The notes under the pieces: generated by a model
Databases searched by the model: none
Told to the model about the DNA's origin: nothing
Seen by the model: the letters and a program-made list of their open reading frames with translations, nothing else
Source of the DNA: Synechococcus sp.
GTDB taxonomy: Bacteria; Cyanobacteriota; Cyanobacteriia; PCC-6307; Cyanobiaceae
Assembly (NCBI GenBank): GCA_046081905.1
Contig: JBJTWS010000082.1
Span: forward strand, 1 to 41,343
Direction: 5' to 3'
DNA: 41,343 nucleotides
Program-made: the position numbers and the translations under genes
Part shown: positions 24,601 through 33,080 of the stretch, in pieces
How positions within the stretch are numbered: the stretch's first letter is position 1
Layout of the letters: every line of letters starts with the position of its first letter

Positions 24601-27600
24601 TGATCAAGTGGGAAGCAATGGAGTCACGCCATTGGCCCAGGGAAATTATGTGGTTCGAAGCGAGTTCTGGGACAATCCTGATACGATCGCTTTCGACGCT
24701 GGTGCCGTCACGTGGGGAGATGGGAAAGCCGGTATTGCTGGCGCTGTCAGCAGCCTGAATTCGCTTGTTGGAACCACTTCAAATGATGTAGTTGGCCTCT
24801 ACGATATTGCCGCCCTTTCGAACGGAAACTATGTTGTAGTCAGCTCTGATTGGGACAACCCTGTCGCACTGGCTGATAACGCCGGAGCCGTTACCTGGGG
24901 GGATGGAAGTGTGGGCGTGAAGGGCTCAATCAGTACTGCGAACTCCTTGATCGGAACAGCTGGCGACCGGATCGGGGCTTGGGGCATTGGAACCTTCAAC
25001 TCTTCTTATGAAGCTATCGAGCTGACGAATGGAAACTATGTCGTAATCAGTTCTGAGTGGAGTGGCGATGGCTCCGGCATCCCTTCCCCTTCCTACGGGG
25101 CGGTCACGTGGGTCAATGGCGCCACAGGCAAGCTCTCGACGGGGGATCTGGGCGGCGTCTTGAGTTCCACGAATTCGTTGGTGGGCTCAAGCCCGAACGA
25201 TTGGTTGGGGAATCAAGGCATTGTTGCTCTGGAAACGGGAAATTATGTTGTAGTCAGTCCAAATTGGGATCTCAATTCCTTCACCTCCGACGCAGGGGCG
25301 GTTACATGGGGCGATGGTGTTACAGGACAAACAACAGGCATTGTTGGTACGTCGAATTCCCTTACGGGTTCCTCTCCCAATGACCAGCTTGGCCTTGGCG
25401 GAGTGGTGGCACTTAGCTCAGGGAATTATGTAGTTGTGACCCCTGACTGGGATCTGAATTCCTTTACCTCTAATGCGGGGGCGGTCACCTGGGGAGACGG
25501 TGTGACCGGTCAAACAACAGGCATTGTGGGTACGCTCAACTCCCTTACGGGTTCCTCGTTTAATGACCGGGTTGGCTCTGGTGGAGTGGTGGAACTAACC
25601 TCTGGAAGCTATGTGGTTGTCAGCCCCGCATGGAATCTGAATTCCTTCACGTCAAACGTGGGAGCTGTGACTTGGAGCAGTGGGTTGGAGGGCGTGATAG
25701 GTGTTGTCAGTACCTTACATTCTCTGACAGGAAGCACGGCTTGGGATCAGGTAGGCCTTGGTTCTGTGCAGGCTCTACCTGATGGCAACGCTGTGGTTTC
25801 GAGTCCTCTCTGGGATCGTGGAGGGGTGGTGGATGCAGGGGCAAGTACCTGGGTCGATGGATCTAAGGGCATCACAGGATTTGTAGATGAAACCAATTCA
25901 TTGGTTGGTCAAACCGCTGGTGATTTTGTGGGCGACAATCCTGTCGCCATCTTGGAAAGTGGAAACTATGTTGTTTCCACACCTAATTGGAGTAACCCTG
26001 CGCTGGGCACCTCTGGTTCTGGTGCCGGAGCTATCACATGGGTGGATGCCAGCCGTGGCCTCACAGGTCAGGTGTCATCTGGGAATTCCTTGGTGGGTGA
26101 TCAAGGGTTTGGGTTCTATGGTGCTTGCCCGGACGGCTGTCTAGGCAATGTGACTCCGCTGAATGGTGATCAGTTTCTGGTTGGCTCTACGGAATACGAC
26201 GTGTCTGGAGTGCTGAATGCTGGCCTGCTTCAGCTGGTCATTGGCAATGATTACAGCTTTGCGGCTTCTCCCGGTGCTGATCTCAGCCTTACTCCAGCTC
26301 AGATTGAGGCAATCGCCAATCGTGGTATGGCGGTGGTTCTTCAGGCCAGTAACGATATCACTTTAGCCAGCGGATCCGATATCATGATCGATAATCCCAC
26401 TGGAACGGGTGGTTCCCTTTCTCTGGAAGCAGGGCGCTCCATCCTGTTGAACGGTTCGACCATCACCACGGATGGCGCAGATCTGAACCTGCGGGCGAAT
26501 CAGAAGGTGCCTGATGCCATCTTTCGCGATCCTGGTGCCGCGGTGATCACGATGGCATCTGGCGCGAGCCTGAATGCAGGATCAGGCATCGTTCGGATCG
26601 AACTCGCCTCCACGACCGCTGGTTCGGGCGATGCGGGAGGAGTGACTCTCGGTCAAATCAGTGCGGCTCGTATCAGTGTCGATGCGGCTGCCGGGCTTTA
26701 TCTCTCCCCGGTGGCGCACCTTGAGGCATCTGCCATCAGTGGCGATTCCATTGAGTTGAACGCCGGCTCTGGTGCGTTTGTGAATGGGCGAGGTGCAGAT
26801 GCACTGCTTGTTGGTAGTGGAGCTTCGTGGAGGATCTATTCATCTTCGCCAGAGCTTGATGCGATTAGTGGTCTTCTCCCTTCCTTCATCCAGTACGACT
26901 TCGCCTTTGGAGATATTAAGGTCGTTCTCGGCGCTGGCAATGGCTTCTTCTATTCCATTGCTCCATCGCTTTCGGTAGATCTGGTTGGCCCCGCAACCCG
27001 TATCTATGACGGCACCACGCAAATCAATCTGAACTCTTCGAATCTCAGCCTCTCTGGCGTCCTGAATGGCGACCTCGTTACCCTGTTGCCATCTCCCTTG
27101 CTTGGCAGCCTGAATTCCAAGGATGTTGGCACCAATTTAATCGTTTCGGTCACTGGTCTTGGCATTGACTCTATCTCCAGCAGCGCAATTCTTGGCTCGG
27201 TTCCCGTCTACGGCTACCAGCTGGCTTCCTCCACGGCTTCTGCTGCTATTGGCGAAGTTACCCCGGCGACGTTGAGCGTGACGCTGCTGGACCAGAGCAA
27301 GGTGTATGACGGCACGCAGGCGGCTGTGCTGGGGGTTGGGGATTATCAGATCAGCGGTGTTGTGGCGGGAGAGGGCCTGACGATCAGCCAGACGGTGGGT
27401 CTGTACAACAGCAAGGATGTGGCGAGCGCGAGTGGGGTGAGCGCATCGCTGTCGCCGGGGTTTTATGTGGCTTCAGGGGGGACGGATCTGGGGAACTACA
27501 GCCTGGATCTGCTGGCGGAGGGGACTGGAACGATCACGGTCCGCCCCCTCTCCACCTGGCAGGGCAGCCAGGGTGGCTTCTGGAGTGATGCTTCTCTGTG

Positions 27601-30433
27601 GGATGTCCTGCCCAGCACGGGCAATGTGGCGGATGTATTCATTCCGTCGACATCGGGGTTGGTTGTTTACGACGTCTCGGCAGGTATCACATCCCTGCAA
27701 TCTCTTCGTCTGGAGGGTGTGCTTCGGATCGATGGGGCTGAGTTGGGAGTGTTGTCGACCACCACGGTGGGAGCTTCTGGTTCGCTGGCTCTCATGTCTG
27801 CCGGATCCTTCGCCACTGAACAGCTCACGGTGCAAGGCAGTGTGCGGTTGGATGGCACGCCGTCGGTGAATGCCCTCACGCTCTCGGGCGGCCAGGTGGA
27901 GGCGACCCAGGGACTTTCGCTTTCCTCCCTGTCCGTTCCCGGCGGTCTGCTCACGGGGGGCGGCTCTTTGGTGGTGACGGATTCCTTTACCCAGAGCGGT
28001 GGAGAGATCACAAGCTTCTCCGGGATGGATTTCACGCAGCGAACTGGTGATCTCGTGCTCTCGGATGGGATGCTGCGCTCACTCGGTGCCACGGTTTCGC
28101 TGCGGGCTCCGGAGGGATCGGTGCAGCTCACTCGCACCACGGTGGACACCAGTGGTGCGGCGGTGGGAGGGACGATTCTCCTCAATGGTCGTTCGCTCCT
28201 ACTAACCGATTCCAGCCTCAATACCTCCGGTGCAGCTGATGGCGGCACCATCTCGATGGGCATCGAGGTGCTCCCAGATTCCGTCACGATCCTGCGCTCC
28301 CAGCTCGTGTCAGATCCACCGGCTCTGGGCGGATCGATTCTCATCGATGGGCGGGCCATCTCGATTGAGGATTCACCGCTCAATGTCTTTGGCTCCACTG
28401 GCGGGCAGATCCGGATCGGCTCCTCCCTTACCAATTCCCTTTCTCTCGGTTCCGGCACCCTGCTGCAACTTGGCCCTTCAGGTTCGATTCAGCTCACGGC
28501 GTCTTCGCCGTCGGCCATTTCTGATGCCGCGAGTCGCGAGGTGCTTGGGCTGCCTGCTGCGCCAGCGCCCACCACTTTCCCAGAGCCCTCGCTGGTTCAG
28601 GTTTCGCCAACCCGTTCCGGTGCGGCGCCGTCGCCTGATGTTCCAGCGGCCACAACCCTGCAGGAGCTGATCCTCGCGCTTAGTTCCACGGTGGATCAAC
28701 CTCCGCTGGTGCTTTCCTCCGCTGCGCAGGCATCCAGTGCCGATGGGTCACGAGCTGCTCCCGCTCCCCTCGGCTTTGCGACAGCGGATCTGACGGCCCA
28801 GTCGCCGATCGAGATCTCCCTGGATTCGAGTTCGTTTCTCCTGGTCGGAGACCTGGCGCCCAGTGGCAGCGTTCTGCTGCAGGGGGCGGACTTCCTGATG
28901 GAAGATCTCTTTGGCTCCACCGACCTCCTCTCCTCCACGACTCTGGACCTGGAGCTGCTTGAGCGGAACGGGCTCCTGCCCCTTGCCTTCGAACTGGAAT
29001 CGCTGGGGACCGATGCGCAGGGGGATCTCCTAGTGGAGCTGGTGCGGGAGGACCCCCTGCGCAGCGACCTCACCGACTCAGGGGCAACGGTGCCGGCGGC
29101 CACGGAGATGGATTCCCGTTTCCAGGGATCGATCGCCGTTGACTCCGGTCTCCTCCTGGCGGTGGGGGTGGTGCCCACGGTGGAGGCCCGGGAAGACTTC
29201 GTGGAAGCGGAACAACGGGCCTTCAGCGAAACAGCCGCTGGCTTGGGCCTGGAGAAGGGCGAGCGCACCACGGCCGTTTCCCCGGAGGAGCTGCAGGCGG
29301 TGCTGCAGGGGATCCAGCGAGCCACGAACTTCACCCCTTACCGTCCGGCGGTGCTGCGGATGACCTTCAGCACGGACGCGGATCGCGGCGAGGGGATGCT
29401 CGACCTCACCCTGGTGCCGGCCCAGGGGGACGTGGTGGGGCGCCGGGTGGTGATCGATGCGGCCCGCTTCGGCGAGCAACTCCGCGGTCTGTACAGCCAG
29501 CTGGCTCGTCAGGAGCCGATGCGGCTGGTTGAGCCGCAGGCCCCGGCGCGCCAGCTCTATGATGTATTGGTGCGGCCGATCGAGCAGGAGATCGCGGCGC
29601 TGGGCATCACCACCCTGCTGCTCTCGGCCGATCCCGGCCTCCGGGCGGTGCCCTTCGCGGCCCTGCACGACGGCGAGCGTTACCTGGCCGAACGGATCGG
29701 GATTGCCCTCACCCCCTCGATCGGTCTGATGCCGCTCGACGTGCCGCCTCCGGGCGTCAAGAGCCAGCTGCGGACCGGGGCCTCCCGTTTCGAGGGCCTG
29801 GCGCCCCTGCCGCTGGTGCCGCAGGAGATCAGCCGGCTGGAGAGCCGGCCAGGGCGTGCCTACCTGGATGCGGCCTTCACGCCGGCGCTGCTGCTTGAGA
29901 AGGCGGGCGATCCCTCCTATCAGCAGGTGCACGTGGCGACCCATGCCGAATTCCTGCCGGGCGGGCCGGGCAAGGCGAAGCTCTACTCCGGCGTGGGACC
30001 GATGACCCTGGCGGAATTCACCCAGCTGCGCCAGCGGCGCGAAGGCCAGCCGCTCGATCTTTTCACCCTCAGCGCCTGCCGCACGGCCCTGGGCGACAAG
30101 GACAGCGAACTCGGCTTTGCGGGCCTGGCGCTTCAGGCGGGCTCCCGCAGCGCCATCGGCACGCTCTGGTACGTGGATGACGTGGCCACGTCCGCCTTCT
30201 TCGTGCAGTTCTACCGCTATCTCGATGCGGGGATGCCCAAGGCCGAAGCCCTGCAGGCCACCCGCCGGGCCTTCGTGAGCGGCGGCGTGCGGCTGCAGGG
30301 CGATCGGCTGCTCGGTCCCGATGGCCAGGAGCTGCTGGGGGGCCTCGATCCTTCTCAGCAACGGCGGGTGGAGAGCGGGGTGACGCACCCCTACTTCTGG
30401 GGTGGAATGCAACTGCTGGGAACTCCGTGGTGA
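21614..30433 (+). CDS. Giant TpsA-like exoprotein (TpsA2, ~2940 aa) with GAVTW repeats, YDG repeats and a fused C-terminal CHAT protease
   Basis: Signal peptide (..PLLLGVAPPVRA|E) and a TPS domain paralogous to TpsA1, then GTLLLDPKNIII. GNYVV.S..W..GAVTW repeats, YDG motifs (TRIYDGTT, SKVYDGTQ), and CHAT motifs HVATHAEF, LSACRTALG and HPYFWG. Start uncertain (21542, 21554 or 21614). Confidence 0.93.
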   Translation: MRVDPPCEGTDHRSPPQGDATQRLRLWAFTLGLGLGWPLLLGVAPPVRAEVRGVEGARSLGTVVNGVRDGSCDSGLCAVSGGTGAGGNLFHRFGAFDTRGGVTGVRIESGGYSNVLVGVIHSLGSFIDQPVSLSSKGNLFWLSPGGITISGAGGFHNVQHLQLSTATGLRLGSGLFDVFGTTADQAALLSSEPLRGSAGLVSDPATLSALALERNGDLTLSGGLLTVEESLLLDAQGGHVVLQAAQVLLPGGQVDIAGREVSLENSQVDVSSAAGLGGSVKVDTKTLSLAGSRIDASGAIGGGEVSLVASGILSLQDGEVAARGTVPPIETEPSRPQSIDSELSPGSAVAESLPEANSMGRGGQVEIIGASVVLAGAIDASGSQGGQVTVKASSQLFSSAPVQVEGTAGSGGSITLHAGGNVVQSVQSELKASGSTGGGTIRVTADQNLFSSGRYEVLGTGDSGVGGLVEVSAPSVTLQGAHLDASGKAGGGTLHVGGGFQGAALTSGAANAQISTITSSTVLKADAASWGDGGEVVVWSEEVTSFSGLVSARGGELGGNGGLLEVSGKELLQFSGEADAAAPLGTPGTLLLDPKNIIIDAAVSAEQVGYRVTDLVDPNPQTNDGFGRSVLVLPNGNIVALDPLDDLDPLAAFDTGGVYLFDGSTGQLLSFLLGSTTGDSVGSNGAISLGSNGNYLILNPSWDAGTATDAGAVTWVNGTTGLLADGSTGGVLNSANSLVGSTADDTVGVSFGGFGYTAVYVLPSGNYVVSSSRWDSLDGVIDVGAVTWGDGSLGITGTINSVNSLIGALPSDEVGSDGVTVLSNGNYVINSQYWNLSTSISFAGAVTWADGSVGISGVVSSVNSLVGNAHNDIVGWAVGSTVIPLENGNFLVASPFWDGGATDVGAVTWVDGSNGRTLDGNAGGFIDSTNSLVGSSSFDRIGTSVVTLANGNAVVVSPGASIGGAVAVGAVTWIDAAVGLAGIVSEVNSLVGSSDFDQVGSNGVTPLAQGNYVVRSEFWDNPDTIAFDAGAVTWGDGKAGIAGAVSSLNSLVGTTSNDVVGLYDIAALSNGNYVVVSSDWDNPVALADNAGAVTWGDGSVGVKGSISTANSLIGTAGDRIGAWGIGTFNSSYEAIELTNGNYVVISSEWSGDGSGIPSPSYGAVTWVNGATGKLSTGDLGGVLSSTNSLVGSSPNDWLGNQGIVALETGNYVVVSPNWDLNSFTSDAGAVTWGDGVTGQTTGIVGTSNSLTGSSPNDQLGLGGVVALSSGNYVVVTPDWDLNSFTSNAGAVTWGDGVTGQTTGIVGTLNSLTGSSFNDRVGSGGVVELTSGSYVVVSPAWNLNSFTSNVGAVTWSSGLEGVIGVVSTLHSLTGSTAWDQVGLGSVQALPDGNAVVSSPLWDRGGVVDAGASTWVDGSKGITGFVDETNSLVGQTAGDFVGDNPVAILESGNYVVSTPNWSNPALGTSGSGAGAITWVDASRGLTGQVSSGNSLVGDQGFGFYGACPDGCLGNVTPLNGDQFLVGSTEYDVSGVLNAGLLQLVIGNDYSFAASPGADLSLTPAQIEAIANRGMAVVLQASNDITLASGSDIMIDNPTGTGGSLSLEAGRSILLNGSTITTDGADLNLRANQKVPDAIFRDPGAAVITMASGASLNAGSGIVRIELASTTAGSGDAGGVTLGQISAARISVDAAAGLYLSPVAHLEASAISGDSIELNAGSGAFVNGRGADALLVGSGASWRIYSSSPELDAISGLLPSFIQYDFAFGDIKVVLGAGNGFFYSIAPSLSVDLVGPATRIYDGTTQINLNSSNLSLSGVLNGDLVTLLPSPLLGSLNSKDVGTNLIVSVTGLGIDSISSSAILGSVPVYGYQLASSTASAAIGEVTPATLSVTLLDQSKVYDGTQAAVLGVGDYQISGVVAGEGLTISQTVGLYNSKDVASASGVSASLSPGFYVASGGTDLGNYSLDLLAEGTGTITVRPLSTWQGSQGGFWSDASLWDVLPSTGNVADVFIPSTSGLVVYDVSAGITSLQSLRLEGVLRIDGAELGVLSTTTVGASGSLALMSAGSFATEQLTVQGSVRLDGTPSVNALTLSGGQVEATQGLSLSSLSVPGGLLTGGGSLVVTDSFTQSGGEITSFSGMDFTQRTGDLVLSDGMLRSLGATVSLRAPEGSVQLTRTTVDTSGAAVGGTILLNGRSLLLTDSSLNTSGAADGGTISMGIEVLPDSVTILRSQLVSDPPALGGSILIDGRAISIEDSPLNVFGSTGGQIRIGSSLTNSLSLGSGTLLQLGPSGSIQLTASSPSAISDAASREVLGLPAAPAPTTFPEPSLVQVSPTRSGAAPSPDVPAATTLQELILALSSTVDQPPLVLSSAAQASSADGSRAAPAPLGFATADLTAQSPIEISLDSSSFLLVGDLAPSGSVLLQGADFLMEDLFGSTDLLSSTTLDLELLERNGLLPLAFELESLGTDAQGDLLVELVREDPLRSDLTDSGATVPAATEMDSRFQGSIAVDSGLLLAVGVVPTVEAREDFVEAEQRAFSETAAGLGLEKGERTTAVSPEELQAVLQGIQRATNFTPYRPAVLRMTFSTDADRGEGMLDLTLVPAQGDVVGRRVVIDAARFGEQLRGLYSQLARQEPMRLVEPQAPARQLYDVLVRPIEQEIAALGITTLLLSADPGLRAVPFAALHDGERYLAERIGIALTPSIGLMPLDVPPPGVKSQLRTGASRFEGLAPLPLVPQEISRLESRPGRAYLDAAFTPALLLEKAGDPSYQQVHVATHAEFLPGGPGKAKLYSGVGPMTLAEFTQLRQRREGQPLDLFTLSACRTALGDKDSELGFAGLALQAGSRSAIGTLWYVDDVATSAFFVQFYRYLDAGMPKAEALQATRRAFVSGGVRLQGDRLLGPDGQELLGGLDPSQQRRVESGVTHPYFWGGMQLLGTPW
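23480..26240 (+). repeat. About 14 imperfect ~60-aa coding repeats (DUF5650-like) in TpsA2, including three close 183-bp copies at 25238, 25421 and 25604
   Basis: 13 GAxTW cores plus a degenerate first unit (TGGVYLFDG) and a degenerate closing unit (NAGLLQL). The G(N/S)YVVV..W.LNSFTS..GAVTW unit recurs at exactly 183-bp spacing. Confidence 0.85.
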
Positions 30434-31143
30434 TGTCTTCGCCTTTTCTGTCAAGGGCCGGTCTGCTCCTTGTGGTGGCCGCTGGCCTACCGCTGGGCAG
30501 CGCCATCCCCGCCTCCGCCCAGGTGCAGGTGGTGTGCCAGGGCACCTGGCTGGAGGCCCGCGGCAGCGCCGAGCGCAAGCGCCCCACCCGCCAGCTGGCC
30601 GTGTCCCTGGCCTTGGAAGCCGAGGCGGCTGAGGCGGATGGGGCCTTGGCGGAGCTGCAGCAGCGGCTGGCGACTGTGCGATCGGCGCTGCAACGCCTGG
30701 GGGTGCGGGATCTGGAGGTCACCTCCCCCTCCACCTGGCAGCGGGGGGCAGTGCCCCGCCGCCCGGCGGCTTACGTGGCCCAGCTCTCGGTGCAGGGCGT
30801 GCTGGATCCGGAGCGGTTGCAGCCCCTGGTGCGGGAGGTGGGAGCCCTGCCTGGCGTTCGGCTGTCCCCCGTGCGTCCCCAGGCCGATACGGCCAGTGAT
30901 CCGCAGGTGCGCCGGGAGTTGCTGCGCGCCGCCTACCAGGACGCCCTGCGCCAGGGCCGGGAGCTGGTGGAGGTGCTGGGCCTCTCTACGCTGCGGCCGC
31001 TCCAGGTGAGTGTGGAGGGAGGTCCGCAGCTGCTCCCGATGCGGGCGATGGCCGTGGAGGCGGCCCCGCCCCCCTTCGACCCGCGGGAGCTGCCGCCGCC
31101 GATCGATCGGCTCACCCTGCAGGTGCAGTTCTGCGCCCAGTGA
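30433..31143 (+). CDS. SIMPL (DUF541) domain exported protein
   Basis: TGATG overlap with the TpsA2 stop and a signal peptide. SIMPL-like pattern LEARGSAE...V.L.LE..A, RRELLRAAYQDALRQGRELVEVLG, MRAMA and terminal LQVQF. Confidence 0.82.
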   Translation: MSSPFLSRAGLLLVVAAGLPLGSAIPASAQVQVVCQGTWLEARGSAERKRPTRQLAVSLALEAEAAEADGALAELQQRLATVRSALQRLGVRDLEVTSPSTWQRGAVPRRPAAYVAQLSVQGVLDPERLQPLVREVGALPGVRLSPVRPQADTASDPQVRRELLRAAYQDALRQGRELVEVLGLSTLRPLQVSVEGGPQLLPMRAMAVEAAPPPFDPRELPPPIDRLTLQVQFCAQ

Positions 31144-31162
31144 TCGGGGGTGGGGGCGCGGC

Positions 31163-32650
31163 TCAGCCTCCCCGCAGCACGCCGAAGAGTTGCCGCATCC
31201 GCTGCAGCACGGTCATCTCGCCGGGCAGGGAGCACTGCTGCATCCGCTGATCGAGGGCGGCGCGACGTTCCTGCACCAGCTGCGCCATCCGCTCCAGCAG
31301 GATCGAATCCTGCTCCAGCAGGGGCTGCAGATCACGGCGCTCCACTTCCAGGAGCAGGCACTCGCGGGTGGTGCGCACCGTGGCGCTGCGGGGATCGTCG
31401 GTGAAGAGGGTCATCTCGCCGAACACATCCCCTGGCCCTAGCGTCGCGATCGGGTGCTGGATCGGTCCGCCATCGGCCTTGAGCACCTCCAGCTCCCCGC
31501 CCACGATCTGATAAAGGGTGTCGCCGCTTTCCCCTTCCCGCACCACCACTTCCCCGGGCCCGAAGCGCAGGCAGCGGGTTTCCCGGGCCAGATGGGCCAG
31601 CTGGGCGGGATCCAGACTCTGGAACAGGCGGTGACCCGCCAGCAGGGTGGCCCGTTCGTTCACCTCCAGCGCTTCCGGCTTCGGCACGCCCGGATCGAGC
31701 CGCTTGGGGCGGATTTCCTGTACCGGGTAGGGCACGCTGTGCCCCGCCCGCTGCAGGGCGTACCAGAGCTGCTCCAGCAGGTCGCTGCGCACCGCGAAGC
31801 GGCTGCCGTCGGTGGCATCGAGGTGCCAGACCATCAGCTCATAGGCAATGGCGCTGTCTCCGTAGGCCGACACCCACACCTGCGGGGCCGGATCCGGCAG
31901 CACCCGTGGATGCTCCCGCAGCACCGAGAGCATCAGCTCCTTCGCCTGGGCGGGGGGAAGCGCGTAATCGAGGCCGACGCTGAAGCGGTTTCCCACCGGG
32001 TCCCGTTCGCGGTAGCGATGCAGGATCGCCTGGGCCACGGTGTCGTTGGGCACCACCACCCGGGCGCGCTCCAGTCCGATCAGGTGGGTGTTCATCAGGG
32101 TGAGGCCCACCACCGTGCCCTTGGCATCGCCCAGATCGATCCAGTCGCCCTCGCGGAAGGGGGGATCCAGCTGGAGGGTGATGCCGGCGAAGAGATCTTT
32201 GAGGGTTTCCTGCGCCGCCAGGCCGATCACGGCGGTGAGCACCGCCGAGGTGGTGATCACCCCCACCAGATTCACGCCGGCGTGCTGACGCAGCACCACC
32301 ACAGTCACGGCGCCCGCGGCCGCCATCATCCCCAGATCCCGCAGGATCTTCGGGGTGGCGGGCCACCAGCCCAGAACCGGCGGCACCTCCAGCAGGGCCC
32401 AGCTGCCCAGCCGGATCAACCCGAAGAAGGCCGTGGCGGTGGCGAGTGCCTCCGGCCAGCGACCGAGGCCGCTGGCGGCCGGGGTGGCGGGCAGCAGGCA
32501 CACCACCGCCTGGATGGCCAGGGCGGCCAGGGGGATCGGCAGGGGGACGCCAGGCAGCCGGGTCCGGCGGCGCAGCGTCACCGCAAACACGAGCAGCAGG
32601 ATCGTCAGCCCGATCGTGAGCCCAAGGCGATCGAGGGCTGGCATGGCCAT
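31163..32650 (-). CDS. MscS-family mechanosensitive channel fused to a C-terminal cyclic-nucleotide-binding domain
   Basis: MscS core VIGLAAQETLKDLFAGITLQLDPPFREGDWI and VVVPN. cNMP cassette LGPGDVFGEMTLFTDDPRSATV. Start at 32644, 32650 or 32665. Confidence 0.93.
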   Translation of the reverse strand: MAMPALDRLGLTIGLTILLLVFAVTLRRRTRLPGVPLPIPLAALAIQAVVCLLPATPAASGLGRWPEALATATAFFGLIRLGSWALLEVPPVLGWWPATPKILRDLGMMAAAGAVTVVVLRQHAGVNLVGVITTSAVLTAVIGLAAQETLKDLFAGITLQLDPPFREGDWIDLGDAKGTVVGLTLMNTHLIGLERARVVVPNDTVAQAILHRYRERDPVGNRFSVGLDYALPPAQAKELMLSVLREHPRVLPDPAPQVWVSAYGDSAIAYELMVWHLDATDGSRFAVRSDLLEQLWYALQRAGHSVPYPVQEIRPKRLDPGVPKPEALEVNERATLLAGHRLFQSLDPAQLAHLARETRCLRFGPGEVVVREGESGDTLYQIVGGELEVLKADGGPIQHPIATLGPGDVFGEMTLFTDDPRSATVRTTRECLLLEVERRDLQPLLEQDSILLERMAQLVQERRAALDQRMQQCSLPGEMTVLQRMRQLFGVLRGG

Positions 32651-32703
32651 CCGGGAAGAGCTCAAGCATTCTGGGTGGAAGCTCCCGTCCCTGCCCAGCG
32701 ACC

Positions 32704-33069
32704 GTGCATGACCCCGGAGTGATCTTCAACCTCTTTCTGATGCTCTCGATGGGGCACTTCGTGGGGGATTTCGCGATGCAGAGCGATCGCATGGCGGTGG
32801 AGAAGTGTCCCGGCTGTGAAGTGGTGCTCTCCTGGCGCTGGTGGCTCACGGCCCATGCTGCGATTCACGGCTTCCTGGTGGCCTGGCTCACGGGCATTCC
32901 CCTGCTGGGCCTAGCCGAATGGGGCATCCACATCCTCATCGACCTGGGGAAATGCCGCGGCTTCTATCGCCTCACCACCGATCAGGGTCTGCACATCCTC
33001 TGCAAATCCATCTGGGCGGTGCTCGCCATAACCCTCGGGCCTGGGTCAGGCTGGAGGGCAGTAGTTTGA
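32704..33069 (+). CDS. DUF3307-family small membrane protein
   Basis: Motifs GHFVGDFAMQ..MA..K, HAAIH, HILID..K and DQGLH on hydrophobic helices. Confidence 0.82.
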   Translation: MHDPGVIFNLFLMLSMGHFVGDFAMQSDRMAVEKCPGCEVVLSWRWWLTAHAAIHGFLVAWLTGIPLLGLAEWGIHILIDLGKCRGFYRLTTDQGLHILCKSIWAVLAITLGPGSGWRAVV

Positions 33070-33080
33070 AGGGATCCGCG

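Noticed and set aside
11450-26240. CRISPR array or diversity-generating retroelement behind the repeats
   Set aside because: The repeats are degenerate, in frame and conserved at the protein level. I saw no identical DNA repeats with spacers, cas genes, reverse transcriptase or adenine-specific template/variable pair.
9220-30433. Contact-dependent inhibition (CdiA toxin plus immunity)
   Set aside because: No VENN-type motif, recognisable toxin tip or small immunity gene. The C-termini are conserved CHAT-related modules rather than polymorphic toxins.
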